IMG/VR virus record: IMGVR_UViG_3300020045_004061
Span: 1 to 37,249 of that record
Reading direction: 5' to 3' (one strand)
DNA length: 37,249 nucleotides
From: a virus
Taxonomy: Duplodnaviria; Caudoviricetes
Positions 8,868 to 17,492 of the stretch are shown here, in pieces. A model generated the notes under the pieces. That model was not told where the DNA came from and searched no databases. It saw nothing but the letters and a program-made list of their open reading frames with translations. Position 1 is the stretch's first letter, and each line of letters begins with the position of its first letter. Made by a program: the position numbers and the translations under genes.

Positions 8868-9275
8868 ATGAAAGCATATTTAAACAGAGGACGAGTTTTT
8901 GCAGATTTTGACCATGCAGTTTTGCACAACGATTCCATGGATATTCAAGAAATCGAAGTGAAAAACACCAAACACGTAATTGAAACGGTTGTTGACTTTC
9001 TCGACCTTAGTCAGTATTCTGGTGAGTTATTCATTCACCCCGTTAACATCGACGAACACGGTGAAATCATGGACGCGTTGTTTCAGTACTCGCAAAAGTT
9101 CACGTTTCATTCAGATGGTGAAAACGTAACCAATATTCAATTCGAATCTAACAACCTTAAAGAAAAGGAAATGGACTTAGAATGGTTGCAAGAAGAAATT
9201 CAGAAACGTAACGCTGGTATGTTTGATTACAGCAATGACGATTTTATGAGTGAACCAGAGTATTTACGCGATTAA
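8868..9275 (+). CDS. Acidic hypothetical protein
   Basis: Start moved downstream of the promoter motif. Confidence 0.65.
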   Translation: MKAYLNRGRVFADFDHAVLHNDSMDIQEIEVKNTKHVIETVVDFLDLSQYSGELFIHPVNIDEHGEIMDALFQYSQKFTFHSDGENVTNIQFESNNLKEKEMDLEWLQEEIQKRNAGMFDYSNDDFMSEPEYLRD

Positions 9276-9284
9276 ATTAGGATT

Positions 9285-9533
9285 ATGAAAAGATACGTTA
9301 TAACATTTATTAAAATACTCCTATTATGGGATTTACTAGCTTCTTTTGTAACAATGGACTTGTATTGGTTTATACCATATTTCTTTACAACGGAAGATGA
9401 TAGAGCAATTTTTCTATTCATGATGGTTATGGTAGGTATTCTTGCTATACCCTTAAGTCAAACTACTTGGAAAGAATTTCTAGAAGAAGTAAGTGTAGAA
9501 CACGACAAAATTAATAAGGACAAATACCTTTAA
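9285..9533 (+). CDS. Hypothetical membrane protein
   Basis: Two hydrophobic segments. Confidence 0.6.
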   Translation: MKRYVITFIKILLLWDLLASFVTMDLYWFIPYFFTTEDDRAIFLFMMVMVGILAIPLSQTTWKEFLEEVSVEHDKINKDKYL

Positions 9534-9536
9534 GAC

Positions 9537-9719
9537 ATGAAAACACAAGACAAAACACGCGAAGAATTGGTGGAGTTGGTTCAAGAACAAAACTTGCTAA
9601 TCGATACGCTAGAAGACAGGCTATTCGACGAACGATTATTTCGACGATGGGTTTATCCGATTATTTCGGTGGGGCTTATCACATTGACGGTTGTAGTAAT
9701 TAAATTTTTTGAGTTATGA
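9537..9719 (+). CDS. Hypothetical membrane-anchored protein
   Basis: Coiled coil plus C-terminal TM segment. Confidence 0.6.
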   Translation: MKTQDKTREELVELVQEQNLLIDTLEDRLFDERLFRRWVYPIISVGLITLTVVVIKFFEL

Positions 9720-9871
9720 AAACTTATCATATCACATGGTTAATCGGCAAAGACCAAAACGGATTGGACTTGCTAACAGGAATCACAATCGAAGCTGAAG
9801 ATATGGAATCGGCTTTGCATACATTCAAACAAAAACACAATGTTGAACCTTATTATATTTTAACAAGATGA
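9716..9871 (+). CDS. Small hypothetical protein (51 aa, not in ORF track)
   Basis: ATGA-coupled on both sides; MKTYHITWLIG... Confidence 0.6.
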   Translation: MKTYHITWLIGKDQNGLDLLTGITIEAEDMESALHTFKQKHNVEPYYILTR

Positions 9872-10119
9872 AAGTAAAAGTAAACGAAACGCAATCACAG
9901 GAAGTTGATTGGAGTAAAAATCCGCAGTTGGTTGTTAGTGGAAATGGTACAGTTGTAATGACAATGATTCGTCAAATAGATGACGGAAAAGGTGAGTTTA
10001 TTGGAATGGTTGTTTTAGCTGGAGAATCAAGTGCTGACATTTTAGGCTATTATGATACCACATTCTATAGAAAATCTTTCAAACCATTCCACGGTTCAAT
10101 AACACTTCAAAACGATTAA
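9868..10119 (+). CDS. Conserved phage hypothetical protein
   Basis: C-terminal FKPFHGSITLQN. Confidence 0.65.
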   Translation: MKVKVNETQSQEVDWSKNPQLVVSGNGTVVMTMIRQIDDGKGEFIGMVVLAGESSADILGYYDTTFYRKSFKPFHGSITLQND

Positions 10120-10120
10120 C

Positions 10121-10753
10121 ATGAAAAGAAAACTAGAAGATTTAACGGATAAGCAAGTGATTCAAACAACGCGCGAAAATGATTTGGCGTTTAGAACGTT
10201 GTTGCATGATAAGGGGTATAAGTGGTACAGTGGCGCTTCTTATATCGGAAGTTACAAACCTAATGAGAATTGCTATAATGTTTTAGATGGACTTCAAGCC
10301 TCAAAAGATCACTACCTAAATAAAGGTTACGAAATACTCCAAGCGTCCGATTTCATAAAGACTTCAAAGCGGGAAATGTTGGAGCAAAACGAAGCGCGGT
10401 TGGATGATTTGGAAAAAAAGTTCAGTGAGTTGTTTAGTAAGACGGTTGAAGATATTCAAACAGAAACAAGATTAAGTGCTTTAGAAGCTAAAGTAAAAGC
10501 TTTGCATGTTCCTCACATACAAACACAAAGCATTAACAGTAAATTTGTTCCGTATAAAATAGAACTACAACCAGCCGAACCAGAAATCAAAGTCGGAATG
10601 TTCGGAGCGTTTGCGGATAGGAAGGATAGTTTCGAGAAAGGATATTTTTATTATGGTAAATTAACACTTATAAGAAATTCCGATATTAAATATATATGCA
10701 ATGGTGGTAGTTCTTGGAAACACTTCCGACCTTTAGAAAATCCATTTAAGTAA
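10121..10753 (+). CDS. Hypothetical protein
   Basis: LHDKGYKWYSG motif, central coiled coil. Confidence 0.65.
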   Translation: MKRKLEDLTDKQVIQTTRENDLAFRTLLHDKGYKWYSGASYIGSYKPNENCYNVLDGLQASKDHYLNKGYEILQASDFIKTSKREMLEQNEARLDDLEKKFSELFSKTVEDIQTETRLSALEAKVKALHVPHIQTQSINSKFVPYKIELQPAEPEIKVGMFGAFADRKDSFEKGYFYYGKLTLIRNSDIKYICNGGSSWKHFRPLENPFK

Positions 10754-10757
10754 TTAC

Positions 10758-10782
10758 AGCACGGTTAAGTCCGTGCTTTTTT
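10758..10782 (+). terminator. Intrinsic terminator ending the early region
   Basis: AGCACGG/CCGTGCT stem followed by a T-run. Confidence 0.7.
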
Positions 10783-10796
10783 GTAAATTTACAAGT

Positions 10797-11060
10797 ATGA
10801 AAACAGAAAAAGAAACAAACGAATTAGTTTTTGAATCGTATTTAACAGACGTACCAACAACAACAAGCGAGCTACAAAGTAAAGTAGACGAATACGCGCA
10901 AATGAGCGTACAAGAACAAAACGCTATTTTGATAGTTGAAACAAAGTTAATGCACCGTAAGATTATGCGTGTTCAACGTGTCGTTTCGATTGTGTTCAAT
11001 TTGACTTTGATTGGGGTTGCGTTAGGTGTGACTTGGTTATTCATTAAAAACTTTGCGTGA
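10797..11060 (+). CDS. Hypothetical membrane protein
   Basis: C-terminal TM segment; coupled to terS. Confidence 0.55.
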   Translation: MKTEKETNELVFESYLTDVPTTTSELQSKVDEYAQMSVQEQNAILIVETKLMHRKIMRVQRVVSIVFNLTLIGVALGVTWLFIKNFA

Positions 11061-11542
11061 TGGCTGCTGAAAAAGGGAATCAATGGTGGAAGCTACGAAG
11101 CAAACACGGACGAGATAGGCTATTTGCAAGCCCCGAATTGCTTTGGGAATCTGCTTGCGAGTATTTCAATTGGTGTGACGAAAACCCATGGATTACCGAA
11201 AAATCAGGCTCAAATACTAACGGTTCTTTTCACGAAGAAAAGCCTACACAAAGACCATATTCTTTGACTGGGTGGTTCTTGTATATTGGTTGTTCGGAAA
11301 CTTGGTTAATAAATTTCAAGGCTACTTGCGGAAATGATTTTTTAAGGGTCATTGAACAAGTCGAACAAGTTATCCGCAAACAACAATGGGAAGGTGCAAC
11401 AGTAGGAGCGTTCAAAGAGAACATTATCGCACGTACATTAGGCTTAAAAGATGCTTCAGATTTGACAACAAACGGAAAAGATTTACCAGCGGTCAATCCA
11501 AGTATTACAGTAGAAATAATTAAACCAAAGGAAAGTGAATAA
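11060..11542 (+). CDS. terS: Terminase small subunit, P22 gp3-like
   Basis: MAA.KGNQWWKLRSKHGRD.LF.SPE.LWE.ACEYF.W and NIIAR.LGL. Confidence 0.9.
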   Translation: MAAEKGNQWWKLRSKHGRDRLFASPELLWESACEYFNWCDENPWITEKSGSNTNGSFHEEKPTQRPYSLTGWFLYIGCSETWLINFKATCGNDFLRVIEQVEQVIRKQQWEGATVGAFKENIIARTLGLKDASDLTTNGKDLPAVNPSITVEIIKPKESE

Positions 11543-13704
11543 TGCAAGCTACAATAGTATTCGAAAAGAATTGGAAAGCGATTAACGAGCGTAATGAAGA
11601 CGGAAGTAGAAAGTACAGATACATTATCAACACGGGTAGTTCGCGTTCATCTAAAACCTATTCAATATTACAAAGCCATTATTTAACCGCTTTCTCAAAG
11701 CCAAACTATCGCGTTTCAATTTGGCGCGAAACAAAGCAAGATGTAAAAAATACGGTATTAGCAGACTTTCGAAAAGCGTTACCTAATTTTCCACACAATG
11801 AATCGGTAACGTTTAATAAAACCGAATCAATTTATACGTTCCCGAATAATTCAACAGTTGAGATTTGCGGGGGTGATGACACGAACCGCGTACATGGTTT
11901 CCAAGGTGATGTTGCGCATTTTAACGAGCCTTACAAGATGCCGAAAGAAGTATTTGACCAAATTGATATGCGTACTTCCGATTACATTGTAATAGATTGG
12001 AATCCGAAAGCAAACCATTGGATTGATGAGTTGTCAAAACAAGATAACGCAATTGTCATTCATAGCACATTCAAAGATAACCCATTTTGTCCCGAACAAC
12101 AGCGTTTGAAAATACTATCCTACGAACCAACTGAATACAATACGCAACAGAATACAGCTAACGAATGGATGTGGCAAGTTTACGGACTTGGAATGAAAGC
12201 AGAGAAGCCAAACCGAATCTTTAAATGGAATAAAATTGCACGATCTAAATTCGATGAATTAACACCAAAAGCCGAATTGATTTGCATTGACTGGGGAAAA
12301 TCCGACCCGTGGGGAATATTGCACATGAAGTATTATGATGGTGCTATTTATTTACGTGAATTGAACTACAAATCGGAAAACGAATGGCGTGAATCATTAC
12401 CACCAACCGAGCAGATTAAAATTGGAAGGGATGAAGAAGGTTTAGGAATTGTCGTGTGGATGATGAATAGGTTGAATATTTCAAAGTCCATGGACGTTGT
12501 TTGTGATAATAACCGACCTTTAAAAATCGCTGCATTACGTCGGGCGGGTTGGGAACGTGCATTTCCAGCATCAAAGCCAAAAGGTTCGATTTTAGAAGGT
12601 ATTGATATACTGCAAAACGTCGATGTTTATTTCACCGACGATTCACCAAATATTGAAATGGAACAGGAAAACTATTCATGGAAAGTTGACCGATACGGAA
12701 TTGTTTTAGAGGAAGCAGAAGACGCTTATAACCATTGCTTTGTTGGTAGCACGATGATAAACACAATTGAAGGTCAAAAAAGAATTGATTCAATTAAACT
12801 AAATGATTATGTTTTAACAAGAGAAGGTTACAAAAAAGTACTTAATAAGTATAATAACGGACTAAAAAAGGTTAATGTATATTTGATGCAGTTCGATACT
12901 TTTTCAGTATATTTGCATTCAACAGAAAATCATAAGGTAAAATGCGAAAAAGGATGGATGAAAATATCAGAATTGAAACAGGGGCAAACGGTTTACCTAT
13001 GCAACAATTCAACGGAAAAGAATACTATTTATACCCAAATGAAAGGTATTTTTCAAAAGGCAAAAACAGAATGCATCGTATTGTTTGGGAGTTTCATAAT
13101 GGCTTTATTGAAAAAGGATTTCATATACACCACAAAAACAGAAACACATGGGACAATAGAATTGAAAACCTTGAAATCGTTGAGTCTAAAAAACACTTAT
13201 CCGAACATATCAAAAAAAGGTTTGCAGAAAATCCAGAATGGGTTAAACTTTTTCATCAAAAAGGTATTCAAGAAGCTAAAAAATGGCACGCTTCAGAAGA
13301 AGGAAAGCAATGGCATAGAGAACAAGCTAAAACGACAGGATTCGGAAATAGAACCTATGGAAATTCAAAATGCGAAGTTTGTTCAACAGAATTTGAAATC
13401 AAAACTAAAGGACAAAGATTTTGCCATAACAATTGTAAGTCAAAATGGAGAAGAATGCAAAGAATTGACATCATCAAAGTTGAATGCGTTTCTTGCGGAA
13501 AAGAGTTTGAAAAAGATAAATATTCAAAAGCAAAAACTTGTTCAAATAAGTGTTCTTGGAACTTACGAAGAAGTTGTCTATGATTTACAAATTGATGAAA
13601 AACATGAATATTTTGCAAACGGGGTCTTAGTTCATAATTGCACAGACCCCGCGCGCTATGGTGCGCTACACTTACAAAAGTCTGGGATTATTCGAGTGGT
13701 ATAA
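11542..13704 (+). CDS. terL: Terminase large subunit (PBSX/Terminase_3-like) with intein; 419 aa after splicing
   Basis: Walker A GSSRSSKT, HFNE, DWNP, STFKDNPF, IDWG; NH|C.D..RY nuclease motif split by the intein. Confidence 0.93.
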   Translation: MQATIVFEKNWKAINERNEDGSRKYRYIINTGSSRSSKTYSILQSHYLTAFSKPNYRVSIWRETKQDVKNTVLADFRKALPNFPHNESVTFNKTESIYTFPNNSTVEICGGDDTNRVHGFQGDVAHFNEPYKMPKEVFDQIDMRTSDYIVIDWNPKANHWIDELSKQDNAIVIHSTFKDNPFCPEQQRLKILSYEPTEYNTQQNTANEWMWQVYGLGMKAEKPNRIFKWNKIARSKFDELTPKAELICIDWGKSDPWGILHMKYYDGAIYLRELNYKSENEWRESLPPTEQIKIGRDEEGLGIVVWMMNRLNISKSMDVVCDNNRPLKIAALRRAGWERAFPASKPKGSILEGIDILQNVDVYFTDDSPNIEMEQENYSWKVDRYGIVLEEAEDAYNHCFVGSTMINTIEGQKRIDSIKLNDYVLTREGYKKVLNKYNNGLKKVNVYLMQFDTFSVYLHSTENHKVKCEKGWMKISELKQGQTVYLCNNSTEKNTIYTQMKGIFQKAKTECIVLFGSFIMALLKKDFIYTTKTETHGTIELKTLKSLSLKNTYPNISKKGLQKIQNGLNFFIKKVFKKLKNGTLQKKESNGIENKLKRQDSEIEPMEIQNAKFVQQNLKSKLKDKDFAITIVSQNGEECKELTSSKLNAFLAEKSLKKINIQKQKLVQISVLGTYEEVVYDLQIDEKHEYFANGVLVHNCTDPARYGALHLQKSGIIRVV
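12736..13638 (+). mobile_element. Intein, 301 aa (TerL residues 399-699)
   Basis: Block A CFVGSTMI, block B STENHKV, block F VYDLQI, block G YFANGVLVHN, +1 residue Cys. Confidence 0.93.
12942..13583 (+). CDS. HNH endonuclease with C-terminal zinc fingers, nested out of frame in the intein
   Basis: MHRIVWEFHNG...IHHKNRNTWDNRIENL..H...H; CxxC..FCxxxC and CxxC..TCSxxC; alternative start at 12954. Confidence 0.85.
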   Translation: MRKRMDENIRIETGANGLPMQQFNGKEYYLYPNERYFSKGKNRMHRIVWEFHNGFIEKGFHIHHKNRNTWDNRIENLEIVESKKHLSEHIKKRFAENPEWVKLFHQKGIQEAKKWHASEEGKQWHREQAKTTGFGNRTYGNSKCEVCSTEFEIKTKGQRFCHNNCKSKWRRMQRIDIIKVECVSCGKEFEKDKYSKAKTCSNKCSWNLRRSCL

Positions 13705-14920
13705 CCTTTTCAGCTTCTTCACGTGAATAGCCAGAATCCAAAAGTGTTTTAATAGCCTTGGTTTTTATTTCCATAACTCGTGCGTGTGTTAATTCATCTT
13801 TTTGCAACGCTTGGATATGTGAATAGTCAAGTTCAAGCCATTCATCATCAGGTAAACGTAAACCTTTCGACATAGTAGAACAAAAGTCGTTTGCAAATGG
13901 AATAATTGAATCTTGGTAAGCCATTCGTAATCCTTCATTCAAATTCGCTTGAATCTTTGATTTTTCTTTACTGAAGATGTTGTCATTTAAACCAACCATA
14001 TCTATAATCTTCTTCATATCCTCGGAAATTTCCTCAAATAGCATCATTTGATTGATTGGATAAGCCGTTGATTCAAACTTTAGATTTGCGTTCGATATTG
14101 CTATTGCACTTTGACCGTCAAAATGACCATGACTTTCCTGTGAAAATTGCTTTTCGATTTCTTTTCTATCTTCGCTACCAACCGCAACAGCACCTATTTC
14201 ATCTTTTGTTGAATTGGATATAAACCCAAGCGCACCACGTTTGTTGATATTCGCGTTTCGGAATCCATACGCTCCACGAATATTTGTGATAGGCATATTC
14301 AACGCAATCAAAGGTGAAACTCCCATGAAAGGGTTTTCCGCTGAAATGTTTTTGTGATGGATTAACTCGGATGGTGCGAAATCTCGCTTTGTTTCTCCGT
14401 AGTTTTCAAGAACGTACTTTTCTATAATTTCCTCGATTGTTGACTGTTCCCAACGCTTTTTGGTAAGTTCGATTTTTATTTTGTCGGGTGGTAAATTATT
14501 CATTACCGTTGGAAGCGTTGAAAGTGAACTACCATAAACAGGGTATGTGATACGGTTGCCATAAATCAAATAATGCAACGCGCTTTCAATTTTCCATTCT
14601 TCACCACTTTGTAACGGGTTTGGATTTTCAAGGAATCTAACAAGTTCAGAATCTTCAATGACTTTACCCTGTTTCGTTCCGTTCATTTTCTTATGAACAA
14701 ATCTACCATTTGAAAACATGGATGCAAATCGGTCAAAAACGATTTTAATTTCGGGTGTTGTGTTATAATATTGAAACTCTTTACCGTCAATTGTTAGCCA
14801 GATTTCGCGTTCATTTCCCACATAAGGGTAGTAATTTAAAGGCGGTGTTCTTGTGAAATTATCCGTACCACCCATACGACCCCATTTAATATCTAACTTT
14901 CCGATACTGAAAAAACCCAT
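13688..14920 (-). CDS. Portal protein (HK97-like), inverted
   Basis: LENPNPLQSG.EW, LIYGN, IIHH-like ELIHH, FMGVSPL, AYQDSIIPF, LDYSHIQALQ. Confidence 0.88.
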   Translation of the reverse strand: MGFFSIGKLDIKWGRMGGTDNFTRTPPLNYYPYVGNEREIWLTIDGKEFQYYNTTPEIKIVFDRFASMFSNGRFVHKKMNGTKQGKVIEDSELVRFLENPNPLQSGEEWKIESALHYLIYGNRITYPVYGSSLSTLPTVMNNLPPDKIKIELTKKRWEQSTIEEIIEKYVLENYGETKRDFAPSELIHHKNISAENPFMGVSPLIALNMPITNIRGAYGFRNANINKRGALGFISNSTKDEIGAVAVGSEDRKEIEKQFSQESHGHFDGQSAIAISNANLKFESTAYPINQMMLFEEISEDMKKIIDMVGLNDNIFSKEKSKIQANLNEGLRMAYQDSIIPFANDFCSTMSKGLRLPDDEWLELDYSHIQALQKDELTHARVMEIKTKAIKTLLDSGYSREEAEKVIPLE

Positions 14921-14941
14921 AACAAATATTTATATTTACGT

Positions 14942-14968
14942 CAAATGTATTGATTTTAATTATATTTG
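14942..14968. promoter_or_regulatory. Divergent promoter pair
   Basis: TACATTTG on - strand (14942-14949) toward portal; TATATTTG on + strand (14961-14968) toward head genes. Confidence 0.65.
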
Positions 14969-14971
14969 CGT

Positions 14972-15067
14972 ATGGAAAACGAAAAAGACCGCGAAAAAAT
15001 TGATATTAAAACCATCAAAAATGACCGTGATAAAGTCGTTAAAGGTGATAAAATTGTAAAAAAATGA
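14972..15067 (+). CDS. Small basic peptide (31 aa, not in ORF track)
   Basis: MENEKDREK...KIVKK; ATGA-coupled to the next ORF; would be nearly leaderless. Confidence 0.4.
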   Translation: MENEKDREKIDIKTIKNDRDKVVKGDKIVKK

Positions 15068-15237
15068 TGTTTTCAAAAGAACAACTTATCGATGCACAAC
15101 ACGCTTATAATCTTGAATGGAAAAATAACCCAGAAGATTTTAACACTGAATTAGAGTTTTTAAATCAGGTTACAGAAAATGACAAGTCATGTGCTATTCG
15201 TCAAATTGAATACCTTCTAAGTAAAGTAAAAGATTAA
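15064..15237 (+). CDS. Small hypothetical protein (57 aa, not in ORF track)
   Basis: Fills the gap and ends 2 nt before the protease gene. Confidence 0.5.
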   Translation: MMFSKEQLIDAQHAYNLEWKNNPEDFNTELEFLNQVTENDKSCAIRQIEYLLSKVKD

Positions 15238-15239
15238 GC

Positions 15240-16052
15240 ATGGAAAAACCAACGTTTGCGAATAAAAGCGAGGAAATTAAATGGATGGTTGAAAACAAGG
15301 AGTTTTTGATTAGCCAGAAAAAAAGCGCGGTTAAACATGCCGATATTATTAATTTTTCACCCGAATTAACTACTAAGGAATCCACAAACAAAGCTGAATC
15401 AACAGATATGTTGGATAATCGTTTGCGAGTAAAGGCGGTTATCAATACAACAGGTTTGATTGATTCTCACATGGATTTACACATTGATGGAATTTGGACA
15501 AAATCATTGAAAGAACAATCGTATTTACTTTGGCTTCAAGAACACGAATGTGAATTTGAATACATTATTGCTGATTCAAAGAACGACGAATTGAAAGCGA
15601 GTGCAAAAACAATGAGTTGGAAGGATTTGGGATTCAACTTTGAAGGAAACACGCAAGCACTTATTTTCGACGCTAAATTGAATAAGGAGCGTAATGAGTT
15701 CATGTACAAGCAATACGCTAACGGATGGGTAATGAACCATTCAGTCGGTATGCGTTACGTTAAGTTATATTTGTGCGTTGATTCAAACGAACCAGAATAT
15801 GCAAGCGAAAAGGACGCATGGGATAAATACTATCCATTAGTTGTGAACAAAGAAGTTGCAGACCAAAGAGGTTATTTTTGGGCGGTAACTGAAGCAAAAA
15901 TAGTTGAGGGTAGCGCGGTTGTGAAAGGTTCAAATTACGCAACGCCTACGCTTTCAGTAAGCAATAAAAATATTGAAGCCGTCGACGACACTTCAAAAAC
16001 CGAGCCGTCAGATGACACTCAAAAATCAAAATCAATTCATTTATTAATTTAA
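15240..16052 (+). CDS. Prohead maturation protease
   Basis: DSHMDLH..G.W.KS, LQEH, HSVG, EGSAV..GSN..TP; precedes the capsid gene. Confidence 0.8.
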   Translation: MEKPTFANKSEEIKWMVENKEFLISQKKSAVKHADIINFSPELTTKESTNKAESTDMLDNRLRVKAVINTTGLIDSHMDLHIDGIWTKSLKEQSYLLWLQEHECEFEYIIADSKNDELKASAKTMSWKDLGFNFEGNTQALIFDAKLNKERNEFMYKQYANGWVMNHSVGMRYVKLYLCVDSNEPEYASEKDAWDKYYPLVVNKEVADQRGYFWAVTEAKIVEGSAVVKGSNYATPTLSVSNKNIEAVDDTSKTEPSDDTQKSKSIHLLI

Positions 16053-16064
16053 ACAAAAACAAAG

Positions 16065-17327
16065 ATGTTTGTAGAAAAAACAATCGAAGAGTTTGAAGCA
16101 TTGACGGCAAAAGAACAGGCTGAATATATCGTTTCAAAACGTGCGCATGATGCGGAAGCAGCGCAAAAACAAATTGCAGATGCAATTGCAGAAGCACAAA
16201 AAAACAACGCAAGCAAGGAAGAAGTTGAAGCGTTAACAGCGAAAGCAGAAGCAATCGTTAAAGAATTGGAAATCCACGGAATGCGATTGAAAGCGATGGC
16301 AGAAAAGCCAAACGCAACAATTGGTGCATCTAAGGATTTACGCACAGCTTTAACTGAAGCGTTCGAAGCAAAATCAGAAGAGTTCAAGAAACTTGCTGAT
16401 GGTGATGTGCAAACTGTTAAGGCGGTTGTGAACATTACTGATGCAACAACAATTGATGCGGCTGGTTCTGAATCACAGTATTCATTGACAACAAACACAG
16501 GTATTATTTCAAAGATTCGTTCTCGAATTATGAAGTATTTGTCAAACGTTTCAGTTGGACGAATGACAGGAAACCGTGTGATGTGGATGGAGGAATTAGA
16601 CGAACAAGGAACGCCAATCTTCATCGCAGAAGCTGCAACAAAAACAAAAATTTCAGTTCGTTACGAAGAACGCGAGAAGAAATCAAAGAAAATTGGTGTT
16701 CACGCAAAAGTTTCAACGGAATTTTTACGCAATTTGCCACAGTTGGTTAACTATGTTCGTATGAACTTGGTTAAACGTGTTGACATTGTAACTGAAGACC
16801 AATTGTTCGACGGTAACGACACGGGCAACAACTTGGCTGGTTTGACAGGTTACGCAAGTGCATTTACAGGTGGTTCTTTGGCTGCTTCAATTGCAAACCC
16901 AACAACAGCAGATGTATTCCGTGCGATTGCCTTACAAGTAGAAGAAGCGTTTGGTATTGCTAGTGCAATATTTGTACGTCCTTCTGTTTTGGCTGCAATG
17001 GACGTTGAAAAGTCAGTTGATGGAGTTTATTTGTTGCCACCTTTCCGCGCAATGAATGGAAATATTGTAGCTGGAATGGAGTTGATTTCCTCAAATGGCT
17101 TGCCAGCTGGAATTGATTTCATTGGTGGTGATTTATCAGTGGTAAACATCGCTTTTGCAGACCAATTAAACGTACAGGTTGACATGTCAGGAGATGACTT
17201 TATCAACAACTTACGTACTGTTTTGGTTGAACAAGAATTAGTTCAATATGTTTCCGCAAACGATACGCAAGTATTAGTCCAAGGTGACATTGCAACAGCA
17301 ATTACAGCTTTAACAGTAGCACCTTAA
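16065..17327 (+). CDS. Major capsid protein (HK97 fold with delta domain)
   Basis: N-terminal coiled coil; FIAE...K, KIGVHAKVSTEFL, EDQLFDG..GNNLAGL, DGVYL, DFINNL. Confidence 0.9.
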   Translation: MFVEKTIEEFEALTAKEQAEYIVSKRAHDAEAAQKQIADAIAEAQKNNASKEEVEALTAKAEAIVKELEIHGMRLKAMAEKPNATIGASKDLRTALTEAFEAKSEEFKKLADGDVQTVKAVVNITDATTIDAAGSESQYSLTTNTGIISKIRSRIMKYLSNVSVGRMTGNRVMWMEELDEQGTPIFIAEAATKTKISVRYEEREKKSKKIGVHAKVSTEFLRNLPQLVNYVRMNLVKRVDIVTEDQLFDGNDTGNNLAGLTGYASAFTGGSLAASIANPTTADVFRAIALQVEEAFGIASAIFVRPSVLAAMDVEKSVDGVYLLPPFRAMNGNIVAGMELISSNGLPAGIDFIGGDLSVVNIAFADQLNVQVDMSGDDFINNLRTVLVEQELVQYVSANDTQVLVQGDIATAITALTVAP

Positions 17328-17337
17328 TTTCTAAGCC

Positions 17338-17490
17338 ATGAAAAAGATTGAAATTACACAAGAAGTCGCTGGTATGAAAGTAGGAACAATTAAGAGTGTT
17401 CCGAAAAAAGTAGCCGACAATCTTATTTCAAGAGAATTGGCAAAGGAAGTAAAAGCAAAAGAAACGGCTAAAAAAGCCACAAAAGAGTAA
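17338..17490 (+). CDS. Small head-associated protein (50 aa, not in ORF track)
   Basis: MKKIEITQEVAGMKVG...ADNLISRELAKEV; typical position after the capsid gene. Confidence 0.65.
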   Translation: MKKIEITQEVAGMKVGTIKSVPKKVADNLISRELAKEVKAKETAKKATKE

Positions 17491-17492
17491 CA

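Noticed and set aside
12736-13638. Group I intron or programmed frameshift as the explanation of the HNH ORF
   Set aside because: The TerL frame is continuous with complete intein blocks; no canonical in-phase slippery heptamer seen at the HNH start, though frameshifting is not excluded
13688-14940. Portal as an actively invertible segment
   Set aside because: No flanking inverted repeats or invertase seen; the overlap with terL and the dedicated promoter imply a fixed layout
14853-15059. 68-aa + strand ORF
   Set aside because: Overlaps the portal start and both promoter motifs; the shorter ORFs at 14972 and 15064 fit better
16049-16624. Long antisense ORFs over capsid, initiator and tail genes (also 3849-4364, 20633-20983, 28002-28325, 31760-32101)
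   Set aside because: Shadow frames of well-supported + strand genes with no recognisable motifs
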